In this document: in pieces, positions 1 through 10,653 of the stretch
Layout: every line of letters starts with the position of its first letter
Numbering within the stretch: the stretch's first letter is position 1
Program-made: the position numbers and the translations under genes
Source of the DNA: Candidatus Saccharimonadota bacterium
GTDB lineage: Bacteria > Patescibacteriota > Gracilibacteria > BD1-5 > UBA6164
Direction: 5' to 3'
Length of the DNA: 32,000 bases
Assembly: GCA_965227835.1 (NCBI GenBank)
Contig: OZ245768.1
Span: 360,001-392,000, forward strand
Notes under the pieces: generated by a model
Databases searched by the model: none
Told to the model about the DNA's origin: nothing
The model's input: the letters and a program-made list of their open reading frames with translations, nothing else

Positions 1-216
1 TTTTCAAAACACTGAGAAGTTGTATTTGCAAGAGTAGTTACTGATAGGGAAACTTGAAGATCTAGAGGTTTTTGATTCGTAGAATTCTCTTCTGTTGAAG
101 ATGCAGTTAAAGCAAAAGAAGCTATGGACTGAACAGAACTTGATTGAAGAAGTATCAAAGTTGATTTCGCTCAAGATAAAAGAGAAGAAACACAAGAACA
201 AAAAGAAGAAAGTTAG
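1..216 (+). CDS. RRM (RNP-1) RNA-binding protein, 5' end cut by window edge
   Basis: Frame 1 with TGA=Gly reads ...[53 protein letters not shown]... RGFGFVEF is the RNP-1 octamer. Five in-frame TGA fall where Gly is expected. TAG stop at 214-216, followed by a terminator. Confidence 0.85.
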
Positions 217-243
217 AAATATTCTAAATTGTCTTCTAAAAAA

Positions 244-277
244 ACCAAAAGATTTGAAAATCCTTTTGGTTTTTTTG
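244..277 (+). terminator. Rho-independent terminator
   Basis: Stem accaaaag (244-251) pairs with cttttggt (263-270), followed by a ttttttgtg T-tract directly after the RRM gene. Confidence 0.7.
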
Positions 278-335
278 TGTTTTAAAAATAATTATGTTAA
301 AATTCATTATATAAATTATTTGATTATAAAAAACT

Positions 336-1445
336 ATGACAAGTAAAGAATTAATAAACTATGTCCTTGATTATTCATCAAAAAAGAAATATCCAGATAT
401 ACATATAAATACCAATAAAAAAATAAAAATTAGAAATGAATCAGGTTTTATAGTAGATTTGGATAAAATAGAAGTAGAATCCAAAGAAGTTTCAATTCCA
501 GAAATAAATCTAGAAACTGTTAAATCCATAATAAAAGTTTTAGTTTGAGAAGACTGATATGAAAAATTTCAAACAAATAAAGAACTAGATTCTTCATATG
601 TAATAAATTCATGAGAAAGATTTAGAGTGAACTGCTATATTGATTCTGCTTGATATTCCATAGCTCTTAGAATAATACCAAATAAAATACCAGATTTAGA
701 CGAACTTGGTTTATGAGATCAAATAAAAAAAATGTGTGATTCTCAAAAAGGTTTGATTTTAGTTACTTGACCCACTTGATCTGGTAAATCTACAAACTTA
801 GCCTCAATGATAGACTATATAAACAAAACCCAAAATAAACATATTATCACAATAGAAGATCCAGTTGAATTTTCTTTCAAAGATAATAAATCTTTAATAA
901 ACCAAAGAGAAGTTTGAAATCATACAAAAAGTTTTGCCAATGCAATTAGAGCAAGTCTTAGAGAAGATCCAGATGTAATAATGATATGAGAAATGAGAGA
1001 TCCAGAAACCATAAAAGCAGCTATAACCCTAGCCGAAACGGGACATTTAGTACTATCTACTCTTCATACAAATGATTCTGTTCAAACTGTTGATAGAATA
1101 GTTGATGTCTTCCCTGAATCTTCACAAAAACAAATAAGAATGCAACTTGCTATGAGTTTATCATGAATAATTTCACAAAGATTAGTATCTAGGAAAGACA
1201 AAGAAGGTAGAATTGCAGCTAGAGAAATACTTATAACAAATGATGCTGTAAAAAATTTGATAATTTCAGGAAAAACTCATCAACTCTATTCAGTTTTGGA
1301 AGTTTCTAAAGCCGAATGAATGGTTCTTATGGATAAATATTTAATTGCTCTTTTCAAAAAAGAAATTATAAGCAAAGATTCTTTGATTTCATATTCCAGA
1401 GATAAAGAAGCTATAGAAATGATGTTTAAAGATAACCTTGGCTAG
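336..1445 (+). CDS. pilT: Type IV pilus retraction ATPase PilT
   Basis: 369 aa with TGA=Gly. Walker A GPTGSGKST at 768-794, with both non-GGN glycines encoded by TGA (768, 777). Also [24 protein letters not shown] and RIAAREILI motifs typical of PilT. TAG stop at 1443-1445. Confidence 0.95.
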
Positions 1446-1466
1446 ATATTTTTAATAAATACAATT

Positions 1467-2309
1467 ATGATTGATATAAATTTTTTCAAAAATTCCTGAT
1501 TCTTTGAAAAAAAGACTCTAAAAAAATGAGAGTATCTTTTTTGCGAATGAGAAGTGGATGAAAATATATATATAATAATAACTTGAGAACTTTTAATTGA
1601 AAAATTTACTAATCAAAATAAAGATGAAGCAAAAGTTTTAGCTAGTTTGAAAAAAGATGATGTTTTTTGAGAAGCAAGTCTCAACAACAACTTACCCAAA
1701 CAAGTAAGTATAAAAGCCAATAAAAAAACAGATATAATATATATAAATGCAATTTCGGGATTAAGGGATTTTTCTTCTAAATACCCAAATGAATCTTTTG
1801 ATTTATTAAAATATATAATACATTTATCAAATAATAGATTAAATGAATCAAATTCTTTGATAACAGCAAGTTACAAAATTAGTTCACTTATATCAAATAT
1901 AAATGATTTTAGTTTTAAAACTATTTTTCAATTAATTGAGGAAACAAAAATATTAACAGGTGTAAAAGATATAATATTTCTTGAAGAAAACCAAGTATTA
2001 AAAGAATATCTTACTATAAAATATAATACAAGCCAGCCTTGATTAATGCAAGATCAAATAATAAAGATAACTGATAATAAACTTGATTTACTAGAATTAA
2101 AAAGTTCCTGAGAATATATTTACATACAAAATATAAAAGTTTGAAATAAAAATTATTGATATTTAGTTTTTTTAAGAAAATGAAATGATTTTTCAGAAAA
2201 TGAAATAAAAATTATTTCTGTTTTGGGAGTTTCTTTTTCAAGTATAATCAAACAAAAAGAATTCATAGAAGAACAAAGAAACAAAGATTATATAAAAAAC
2301 AGAGTCTAA
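1467..2309 (+). CDS. Cyclic-nucleotide-binding domain protein with uncharacterised C-terminal domain
   Basis: 280 aa. The N-terminus (...GEYLFCEGEVDENIYIIITGELLIEK...DDVFGEASL...) matches the cNMP-binding beta-barrel pattern (FGE). Uninterrupted only if TGA is sense. TAA stop at 2307-2309. Confidence 0.6.
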
Positions 2310-2327
2310 CTAGACTCTGTTTTTTTG
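2299..2327 (+). terminator. Rho-independent terminator
   Basis: 9-bp stem acagagtct (2299-2307) pairs with agactctgt (2312-2320), then tttttttg. The stem overlaps the stop codon of the preceding gene. Confidence 0.75.
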
Positions 2328-2335
2328 TATTTCAG

Positions 2336-2588
2336 CAGAAAGCTTTAGCCTTCTGTTGTTTCTATATATTTCAAGTTATTAGTGTCAAAGAACTAGAACT
2401 CTCTGTTGATAAGAAAATTATAAGCTACTATCAAAATGCTAAATATTTCTGTTGAAACCAGCGAATTTCTTATGATATAAAAATTAGTAATATTTGATAA
2501 TGAATATATCTGTTTTCAGAGAGCTAAAGCTCTCTGTTGAAAGAACAAAATTTCTTACTGACAAAAGGCTAAAGCCTTCTGTTGAAAC
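2336..2588. repeat. Array of five ~27-nt hairpin-forming repeats in a convergent intergenic region
   Basis: Copies at 2336-2362, 2386-2412, 2432-2458, 2517-2543 and 2562-2588. Consensus caRaRRgctaaagcYYtctgttgaaaN. Copy 4 is a perfect hairpin, cagagagc-taaa-gctctctg. Copy 5 (caaaaggc-taaa-gccttctg) differs from it by two covarying base pairs. Confidence 0.7.
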
Positions 2589-2617
2589 GAAAATTAGTAT
2601 TATACTACAATTAGAAA

Positions 2618-4054
2618 TTAACTATTCTTAAATCTCCTCCTTATAAATATTATTATAAAACCTAAAATCAAGGATAATATAAGCATTATTATTGTTTCTG
2701 TTGGTCAAGTTTGTATTTCTGTAGCTTGTGATAAGTTTCAATGTATAACTTCTCAAGAATTTGTTTCTGTTTTTGCTTTTACTGCAAAATATTGATATTT
2801 TATTTCATCTCATGTAATCTCTATTTCAAATTTAGGTTCAACTACATTTGTTACAAATTCAAATTTACCTGTCTCCTCATTACTTTTAAGTACATCATAA
2901 CTTTTTGCATCTTCTAGCTTGTCCCAAGTTAATATAGATTTATTTTTAAGTTTTACCAATTTTAATCCTCATATTTCTAAATTAGGTTCTTCTTCCTCTT
3001 CAACTTCTTCAACTTCTTCAACTTCTTCAACTTCTGGTTTCTCTTCTGGAGGTGCAGCTTTCAGCTCAACTAAAAATACTTTTATCTCTGCTACATCTTT
3101 TTCAGTAACACTATGTCAAAGATCATCAACCAAAATTACATCCATACCAAATTTTTTCTCTTCACTTGGAGCTTTGAAACTTCAAGTATAAACACCATCT
3201 TCTGTCTCAGAAAGAGATATTACACCATCATTAAATAAAATTTTAACCGATTTAAGTCATTTGTTTGCAAATACTTTTATATCTATATTAGTATTTTCCT
3301 CTACCTCTCAATTCTCAGGCAGTGGAGATAAAACTATTTTTTTAAATCTTGGTTTACTATCATCTATATTTACTATTATATCACTTGATTCTCATATTAT
3401 ATTTTCATCAGAATCTAGCACAACTGCCTTTATTGTATTTTTTCATGTTACAAATCAATCTATATCTTTTTCAAATATTCAATCTGAGTTTGAAGTAGTA
3501 TTAAATACTTCCGTATTGTTTAAAGTTATTCTTACAGCATGGTTTCTTTTTGTAGCTCAAGACACTTTTACATCACTTTTACCTAAAGTCATATCTGATT
3601 CTGGACTTAATATTTCAATTTCAACTCTATCTTCTTTACTATTTCATTGTGCTGAAGCTATTACATTTACTTTTCATTTTCAAGTTACATTTTCATAATC
3701 ATTAGCATCATATAAACTTATACTTTGCTCTCAAACCGTGTTAAATTTTATTCAGTTTTCAAATTTTTTAATTCATCCATCAGATAAAGTGAAACTATAT
3801 CAATCATCATCTGCAAGTTCAGCGGGTAGTTCTACTTTATCATCTGTTTCAGAAAACCCAAATACATTACCAGTATAATCACTAACAACCTCATCATTCT
3901 TATCTAAAGCTGTTATTGTCAAATCAAGTGCTTCTCATACTCAAATAGACTCTGTGTTAAACTCTATTTTGAAATAATCTATCTCTCAAGCTTGAACACT
4001 ACTTGTATAAAAAAATACTAAAAGCAGTAGCAAATATTTTAATAAATTTTTCAT
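2618..4054 (-). CDS. Secreted/surface protein with Ig-like/FN3-like repeats and a C-terminal membrane anchor
   Basis: 478 aa on the minus strand with TGA=Gly. Signal peptide MKNLLKYLLLLLVFFYTSSVQA, beta-rich repeats, acidic PEVEEVEEVEEVEEEEEP linker, and C-terminal ...TGPTETIIMLILSLILGFIIIFIRRRFKNS (TM helix plus basic tail). The + strand Ser-rich ORFs here are its antisense. Confidence 0.6.
2998..3033. repeat. 9-bp tandem repeat (cttcaactt x4) encoding the (EEV)n linker of the surface protein
   Basis: Four direct head-to-tail copies visible at 2998-3033. Confidence 0.8.
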
Positions 4055-4201
4055 AAGCTGTTATTTTTGAAATTATATTATCACTAATTTATTTTCTTTA
4101 TAAATCAAAATAATTGTGAATTTATAAGTGCAATTCTATAGTTTTTAACAAAAAACACCAAACTATTTTTGAAAAACTAATTTACTATATATTTTTTTGT
4201 T

Positions 4202-5272
4202 TTATAAGTTAACTACATTAAATTCTTTTCAAAAATCATTTTTAATAGAACTTATAAATGTCTGGTATCAATCTATACTTCCTATAATCATATTTTTATG
4301 TTTTTCATCTAATTCACTTATTAAATCATCCAAAAGTAGTATAGGTTTTTTGTTTCTATATTTTTCCACAAACTTTATTTCCAAAAGTTTAAGTCATATT
4401 ATTACAGATTTTACTTCTCATCTACTTGCAAATTTTACCAATTCTAAATCATCAACCAATATTTCAAAATCGTCTATATGGGGTCATATACTTGTATTTC
4501 AAGATAATATATCTTTATTTATATTTTCTTCTAAATAATATATTATCTGCTTTTCTATATCTTCTAACTTCTCTTTTTTATCTTGTTTTTTTATTTCTAT
4601 TTTTGTCTTATAAATAAATTCAAAACTGCTTATCTTCTCTTCAAAATATTTTGTAAAATTTTTTGTATTTTCTCTTATAAAATCTATTATTCAAAACCTA
4701 TAATTATATATTATAGAAGCTTTTTTTGCCAGTTTCTCATTCCAAAAATTTGTTTCACTTTTAGATGATTTATTTTCTCTTATATTTTTCAATATCTTAT
4801 TTCTTGATATAAGTATTTTTTTGTATTCACTTAATATTTCTTTGTAATCTCTAAAAGTTCAAGATAAAATTTCATCTAAAAATTCTCTTCTAAGACTAGG
4901 GGACAGATACATAATATTCATAAGCATTGGAGAAAAATGTATTGTTGAGCTTACTTCTTCTAATAGTTTTTTTTTGGTGGTAGCTTTTTTATCAAATATA
5001 TATTTCTTCTTTTTATCTTTTTTGTCATAAGATATAGCTATTTTTGATCACTTATTATCTTCTGTCTCTATAAAAAAAATATCTTTATCTTTGTTTACTA
5101 GATTTTCAAAATCTAGTTTTGATAGTTTTTTTCAATGTATTATACTTATAGCTTCAAGTATATTTGTCTTTCATTTTCAGTTTTCACCAATTATAACATT
5201 AAATTTTTCATCAAAAAAAAACTCACTATCTTGAAAGTTTCTAAAGTTTTTTAATTTAATATTTTTTATCAT
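4202..5272 (-). CDS. recF: DNA replication and repair protein RecF
   Basis: 356 aa. MIKNIKLKNFRNF..., Walker A GENGKGKTNILEAI with TGA-encoded Gly. C-terminal GPHIDDF, ASRGEVKS signature and LLLDDLISELD Walker B. Confidence 0.9.
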
Positions 5273-5303
5273 GATTTGTGTTCCAAAAGTTAGTTTCGGA
5301 TTT

Positions 5304-5591
5304 TTACTTCATTATATTTGATATAGCTATTTGGTCAGATATAATTTCTTCTTCGCTACATTCTAAAAGCTCTTTTCTATTTATTTTATCCTGGCTTATC
5401 TCATCTTCTCTTAGTTTATTTTCTTTTGATATAACACAATATGTAGGTTCTACATCTTTTGTATCTATTTCATCTATTAGCTTGAAATAATCTAATATAT
5501 CATTTAAATCTTTTTCTATTTGCATACCTTGTGTATCTATCTTGCTTAAGTTTTTTGATATTTTTTTTATTTGTTCTTGTGTTAGTGTCAT
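5304..5591 (-). CDS. gatC: Asp/Glu-tRNA amidotransferase subunit C
   Basis: 95-aa ORF that is also intact in the standard code. MTLTQEQIKKISKNL...ILDYFKLIDEIDTKDVEPT...KLREDE matches the GatC pattern. TAA stop. Confidence 0.8.
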   Translation of the reverse strand: MTLTQEQIKKISKNLSKIDTQGMQIEKDLNDILDYFKLIDEIDTKDVEPTYCVISKENKLREDEISQDKINRKELLECSEEEIISDQIAISNIMK

Positions 5592-5760
5592 TTTTTATTA
5601 TATTTAATTTTAAATCAAAACCTTTTAATTAGTTTATATTTTTATTGGTTCTAACTAAATTTTTAATTCATTTTAAAATTTAATAGGGATAAAAGTTATT
5701 TTTCAAATGAATTTTTCAATTTATCTTTAATATATTATTAATATTATAAAAATCAAATAT

Positions 5761-6081
5761 ATGAGTTCAATTGGCAAATGAGATAAAGAAATAATAAACT
5801 ACCTTAGATTCAAAGCCTGTGTACTTTTTTTTGTTTTAATAAATTTTTTCTTTTTTCTTTCTTATTTTTTTGCAGGGGCTTGATTTTTTTATGAATATTT
5901 CATCCTTGTTATTCCTTATCTTTATATATCTCTTCTTTTTTCATTTTTTCTTCTTTGTGTTTTTGCTTTGAAATATAAATTTCCTAATCTAAACATTTTT
6001 TTACAAACTCTTATATACTTACTGGTTTTTATATTTCTTTGAATGCTCTCTTTGTTTATGGTTTTTGAATACATATTTTAG
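5761..6081 (+). CDS. Small hydrophobic membrane protein
   Basis: 106 aa with three predicted hydrophobic helices. Open only with TGA=Gly. No recognisable family. Confidence 0.45.
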
Positions 6082-6101
6082 ATTTTTTAAAATAAATTTA
6101 T

Positions 6102-6662
6102 ATGTTTAAATATATTTTATTTTTTTTAACTCTTTTTCTTGTAAGTTCTTGCTTTTTTTGAGGTTGAAATGATTCTGAATGAACTTTAAAAAAAGATTTT
6201 TCATCAAAAGATTTTTCAATAATGCTTCCTTCTTCTTGGGAAATAATTGAAAATAAAGATTCTATTTTACCTAAACCTGCTAACTGAGAAATAGTTTTGG
6301 CTATATCTTCAAATACCCTAAGAGATAATTTTTATAGAAATATGCTTATTTTAAGTCAGGAAATAAAAACAGATATTTCTTCTGCTAGTTTTATAAAATG
6401 AAATTATACTGCTTCTATAAAAGACTATTTTTATAAAAAACTTATAGATGATAAAGACTTTTCTATAGACGATAAAGATACAAAAATTTATCATTTTGAG
6501 GCTAGATACTCTGAAGATACACCTATAGTTAATTTTCTACAAACTTGAATTGTTTGTTGAGAAAAGGCATTTTTGATAACTATAGCTCTTGAAAAAAATA
6601 ATAAAAATATTTATAGATATGAAGATCTTTTATCTACATTTTCTTGTATTAATCAAGAGTAA
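6102..6662 (+). CDS. Lipoprotein, unknown function
   Basis: 186 aa. Signal peptide MFKYILFFLTLFLVSSC with a lipobox-like VSSC, followed by GGGND. Confidence 0.6.
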
Positions 6663-6799
6663 TTAAAATGGTTATCTTTTGGTAATATAAATTTATACAA
6701 TATTATTTACAAAAAACTAGGGAGTTTTAAAACTTTTGTTTGATTTTTTAAAATCAATTTATATAGTTTTTCAGTATTATTTTTAAAAATTAAAAAACT

Positions 6800-7372
6800 A
6801 TGTCCATGGAGTCATTTTTAAAAGAAGTTGTAAAATGAGATAAATTTGAACTTTTAATTGATACTAAAATTTTTAGTAAAGATGTTGTTTTGAAATCAGC
6901 TTATGTTTTTTTGGATAAGGGTTATTTTTTCTTTAAGACTGATTGAGAAAATATTTTACTTCAATTCACTTCTAGGGATAAATCATCTGATAAACCAGAA
7001 GATGTAATAGCTGATTTTTCTGATTGTTTGCTTGAAACTGTTTTGAGAGATAAACTTGAAAAAGATAACAAAACTATAAGGGAAACAATAGTTGAAAAAG
7101 CCATAAATTGACCTCTTGATGCTAGTAATTTTGTGAGTTTGGATACTGACAATATTGCTAATAATAGTGAACAGAATCAAGTTGATTTTGATAAGGATAT
7201 AGATGAAATTTTAAAAGAGATAGAAAATGATCCAGATTTGAAAATAGATGAGGAAGAGATAGAAAAGATATTGAAAGAAATAGAAGAAGAAACAGAAAGT
7301 GAAGTTCAAAAACCGAAACTTACTTTGGATCCTGATGCTATCAAGAAAGCTAAAAAAGATTTTAAGAAATAA
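6800..7372 (+). CDS. hxsD: HxsD-like protein with long acidic C-terminal extension
   Basis: 190 aa. The N-terminal ~110 aa contain ...DFSDCLLETVLRDKLEKDNKTIRETIVEKA, resembling the LLNDYxLRE signature I recall for TIGR03976 (HxsD). The C-terminal half is D/E/K-rich with a duplicated I-x-x-ILKEIE motif. Confidence 0.5.
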
Positions 7373-7394
7373 CTTATTAAAATATTTTAATATT

Positions 7395-7589
7395 ATGGAG
7401 AAAAGTTTTGAAATAGATTCAAATATTTATAGTTCAAGTTCTATAAAGCAAGCCATATCTGATTTTGAAGATATTGCTCTTTTATCTTTTAAATGATGAA
7501 AACTGTCTATTTCTTGAGAAGATGATTCTTCCGTGCAGGAAGTATTTAATGAGTTTATGAATTATGTTATTTGATTGAGTGTTGAGTAA
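7395..7589 (+). CDS. Small HxsD-like protein (second copy)
   Basis: 64 aa: MEKSFEIDSNIYSSSSIKQAISDFEDIALLSFKGGKLSISGEDDSSVQEVFNEFMNYVIGLSVE. Same N-terminal pattern as the upstream gene and an F-N-E-F-x-N-Y tail. Lies directly before the hxsB region. Confidence 0.4.
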
Positions 7590-7592
7590 ACT

Positions 7593-7859
7593 ATGAATCC
7601 AAGAATAAGTGATTTTTTTTGAATAAAAATAAATATGTATTATGGTGATCATAATCCACCTCATTTCCATGTTAAATATAATGAATATTCTGCTTTTATT
7701 TCTATAGAAAATCCTAAAATACTTGAATGAAACTTACCTATTAAAATTGAAAATCTTGTTATATCTTGGGCTGAACTTTATGAAAAAGAATTATTTGAAA
7801 ATTGGGAACTCGCTTTAAATAAAAAACCTTTGAAGCCTATATTACCATTTATAAAATAA
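7593..7859 (+). CDS. DUF4160 family protein
   Basis: 88 aa. The GIKINMYYGDHNPPHFHVKYNEY motif is the DUF4160 hallmark. Confidence 0.75.
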
Positions 7860-7860
7860 T

Positions 7861-8106
7861 ATGATACATACTGTTAAAAGTGCTATTAGAATAAAATGAA
7901 CTTATAAACTTAGCCTGGAGTTTGAAAATGGGGAAGAAAGAATTTTTGACTTCAAGCAATATGTTTGAGGTAATAATTTTATTTTTTGACCCTTAAAAGA
8001 TTCAGATACTTTTGATCTATTTAAGGTTGAGAATTGAACTGTCGTTTGGGAAACTTGAGCAGACTTCAATCCTAATTTATTGTATAAAAATTCACTAAGC
8101 AAATAA
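7861..8106 (+). CDS. DUF2442 family protein
   Basis: 81 aa. ...YKLSLEFENGEERIFDFKQY...VENGTVVWETGADFNPNLLY is typical of DUF2442, the usual partner of DUF4160. Confidence 0.7.
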
Positions 8107-8108
8107 TT

Positions 8109-9575
8109 ATGTTAAACTTAGAAAAAATTAAAAAAGCTGACACTAGTCAAATTTGATTTTTTAGATTTAAGAAATTTGATTCTGAAAGATACTTAATTAC
8201 AAATGATGCCTGAAAATTTCATTTCTTAAATTTAGAGGATTTTGATACTTTTGTGAGTTGAAAAAATTTAGATAGTTTATCTTGTTATGATGACCTATCT
8301 AAAAAATGATTTATCAAAACAGAAGACTATGAAGCTAAAATGACTGGTAGTGTAGCACTTAAAAATCATTTTGTGTGAGTTTGACCTACCTTGCATATGA
8401 TAGTTACAACTCTTAGATGTAATCACAAATGTAAATATTGTCATGCCGCTGTAGCTCCTATGTCTGCTAAAGAGTTTGATATGAGTCAGGAAACTGCAAA
8501 AAAAGTGGTTGATACTATTTTTTATACTAATTCTCCTAGTTTGACTATTGAATTTCAATGATGAGAATCTTTGGTAAACTATGATGTGGTAAAATTTATA
8601 GTTGAATATTCCAAACAAAGAGCTTTTCATTTAAAGAAAGATTTATCTTTGGTTATGGTTTCAAATCTTACCTTGATGACAGAAGAAAAACTTAAATGGC
8701 TTTTAGATGAAGGTGTAGATATATGTACTAGTCTTGATTGAGATGAAATAACACACAATAATAATAGAACTTGATTTGAATGAAATAGTTTTGAAAAAGT
8801 TACTTATTGGATGAAGAGACTTGGTGAAGAAAAAGAAAAGAGATGAATGTGAAATGTATGAGCACTTCTTACAGTTACAAGAGAAACAATGCCTAGATAT
8901 AAAGAAATTATTGATGCTTATGTTTCTATAGGTTTAGATTGAATATTTTTAAGATGGCTTAACCCTTATGGTTTTGCAGCAGCTCAGACTAAAGAGCTTT
9001 CCTACGAAGATCATGAATGGATAGAATTTTATAAAAAGTCCCTTGATTACATAATGGAGTTGAATAAAAAATGAACATTTTTCTCTGAAAGTATTACAAG
9101 AATTTATTTAGCAAAGATTTTTAATTCTAGAGATCCTGCATTTATGGATATTAGATCACCAAGTTGAATAGGTATAGGTTGAGTAGCCTACAATTATGAT
9201 GGAAAAATTTATGCTTCAGATGAATCTAGGATGCTTGGTAGGATGTGAGATGATGCCTTTTTGATGAGTGAATGATTATGAACCCCTGAAGAAAATTATA
9301 GAGAAATGATAAATAGTGATACTTGTAAAGCTTCTATACAATCATCTACACTAGATTGATTACCTGGTTATAATGAACATGTTTATAAACCTTATATTGG
9401 TGTTGATATAATACATAATTATAAAACCACAGGAAGTTTGTTTTATCCTATTATGAAAGATGAAAAAATAAAATTCCAAACAGAGATTCTTGATTATATA
9501 TTTAAAAAATTAGAAGACCCACAAGAAGAAAAAATACTTATGAGTTGGCTTGTTTGAAAGGAAGAAGTGATTTAG
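8109..9575 (+). CDS. hxsB: His-Xaa-Ser system radical SAM maturase HxsB-like
   Basis: 488 aa. ~100-aa N-terminal domain, then CNHKCKYC (codons at 8418-8441), FQGGESL (GG = TGA TGA), and a long C-terminal domain. Size and architecture fit HxsB (TIGR03978), with HxsD-like and HxsA-like genes in the same locus. Confidence 0.7.
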
Positions 9576-9641
9576 AATGATATAATGTAATAGATTAAAA
9601 TCTATTTCTACTTTGCTGTTAAATATAAAAACTGAAATTTT

Positions 9642-10085
9642 ATGATAATAAAAGAAGAATTTGAAATTAAAATTAATAATTTAAGTAAAGCTCTAGATTC
9701 ATTGAAAGAGTCAATTATTTTAGAGAAGAAGAATACTGAAAAAAATATTTTTTCTATATTTAGGGATTCGGCAATTCAAAGATTTGAATATACTTATGAA
9801 TTATCTTGGAAATTTATGAAATATATATTAGAAAAATATGATAAAGAAATAGAAACTAGAAGTCCCAGACAAACCCTTAAAACAGCATTTAGAGTAGGTT
9901 ATATTGATAATTTAAATCTTTGGTTTAACATTTCTGAATATAGGAATAAAACAAGTCATGAATATGAACAAGATATTGCAGATGAATTATTTGATAATAT
10001 ACCAGAATTTCTTGAAGAGATACAAAAATTTTATGAGTCTATAAAAATTAAGTATGATGGATGATATTTTGAGACAAATAAATAA
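9642..10085 (+). CDS. HI0074-type nucleotidyltransferase substrate-binding (HEPN-like) protein
   Basis: The track ORF (140 aa) extends 7 codons through TGA to TAA at 10083. RDSAIQRFEYTYELSWKFMK...RNKTSHEY matches the HI0074/TIGR01987 pattern. Confidence 0.75.
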
Positions 10086-10341
10086 AGTTTTAAGTAAACA
10101 TTTAGATAAGAATAAATATAAATTCTTTCTATATGGCTCTAGAGCTAAATGAAATTTCTTCTTTAGATCTGATTATGATATTTGAGTATTAGGTGACTCT
10201 AAAATAGATTTGAAAATAAAGTATAAAATAGAAGATGATTTTGAGAATATACCAGCTTTAATAGATTTTACAGATTTTGCCAGTGTTTCTGATGATTTTA
10301 AGAGATTAGCAATGAAGGATGTTTTGCGGTTGAATAAATAA
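10054..10341 (+). CDS. Minimal nucleotidyltransferase (MNT) partner
   Basis: 95 aa. FLYGSRAKGNFFFRSDYDIGV is the GS-x(n)-D-x-D nucleotidyltransferase motif. Overlaps the upstream HEPN-like gene. Confidence 0.75.
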
Positions 10342-10359
10342 ATTTTTAAATGATTTATT

Positions 10360-10653
10360 ATGTCTAATAAAAAAACTTTATATTTTCCTATTACCATAAA
10401 TGAAGAAGATGGTATTTATTGGTGAGAAGCTAAATTTTTTGATGGTTGTTTTTCTCAATGAAATAGTTTGGATGATTACTGAAACAATATGACCCAAGCA
10501 ATATCTTCCTATAGTGAATCTATAAAAGATTGAAGTTTTGATATGCCTAATACTGGAATTTTATGAATTAATCTTGATGATTATGGGAAAATTAAAGATA
10601 GTGTCTTGAAAAGAATTGATAAAAATTCTTACAAAGCATTGAGCTCTGGTTAA
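10360..10653 (+). CDS. hicB: HicB-like antitoxin (UPF0150 fold)
   Basis: 97 aa. ...YFPITINEEDGIYWGEAKFFDGCFSQGNSLDD... matches the HicB N-terminal domain pattern. Confidence 0.6.

Noticed and set aside
95-346. Track ORF 95-346 (+), a Lys-rich 83-aa protein
   Set aside because: It is out of frame with the RRM protein and runs through the terminator hairpin and the pilT upstream region. The composition is an artefact of AT-rich sequence.
2336-2588. Possible CRISPR array, since the repeat ends in gttgaaac like some CRISPR repeats
   Set aside because: The inter-repeat segments are only ~18-23 nt (one is 58 nt) and unequal. The repeats are degenerate, and no cas genes or leader are present in the window.
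2919-3698. Track ORFs 2919-3191 and 3261-3698 (+), which are Ser/Thr/Phe-rich low-complexity proteins
   Set aside because: They are antisense shadows of the 2618-4054 minus-strand gene. With TGA=Gly that gene gives a coherent protein with a signal peptide and an anchor.
4197-4768. Track ORFs 4197-4538, 4426-4617 and 4583-4768 (+)
   Set aside because: They are antisense or alternate frames of recF (4202-5272, minus strand), which has clear Walker A/B and signature motifs.
6723-6750. Palindrome agttttaaaact followed by T-rich sequence after the lipoprotein gene, considered as a possible terminator
   Set aside because: The palindrome has no loop, so the effective stem is only ~4 bp of A/T pairs. 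That is too weak to call.
8295-8630. Minus-strand ORF 8295-8630 (111 aa)
   Set aside because: It is antisense to the Cys-box region of the HxsB-like gene and has no motif support.
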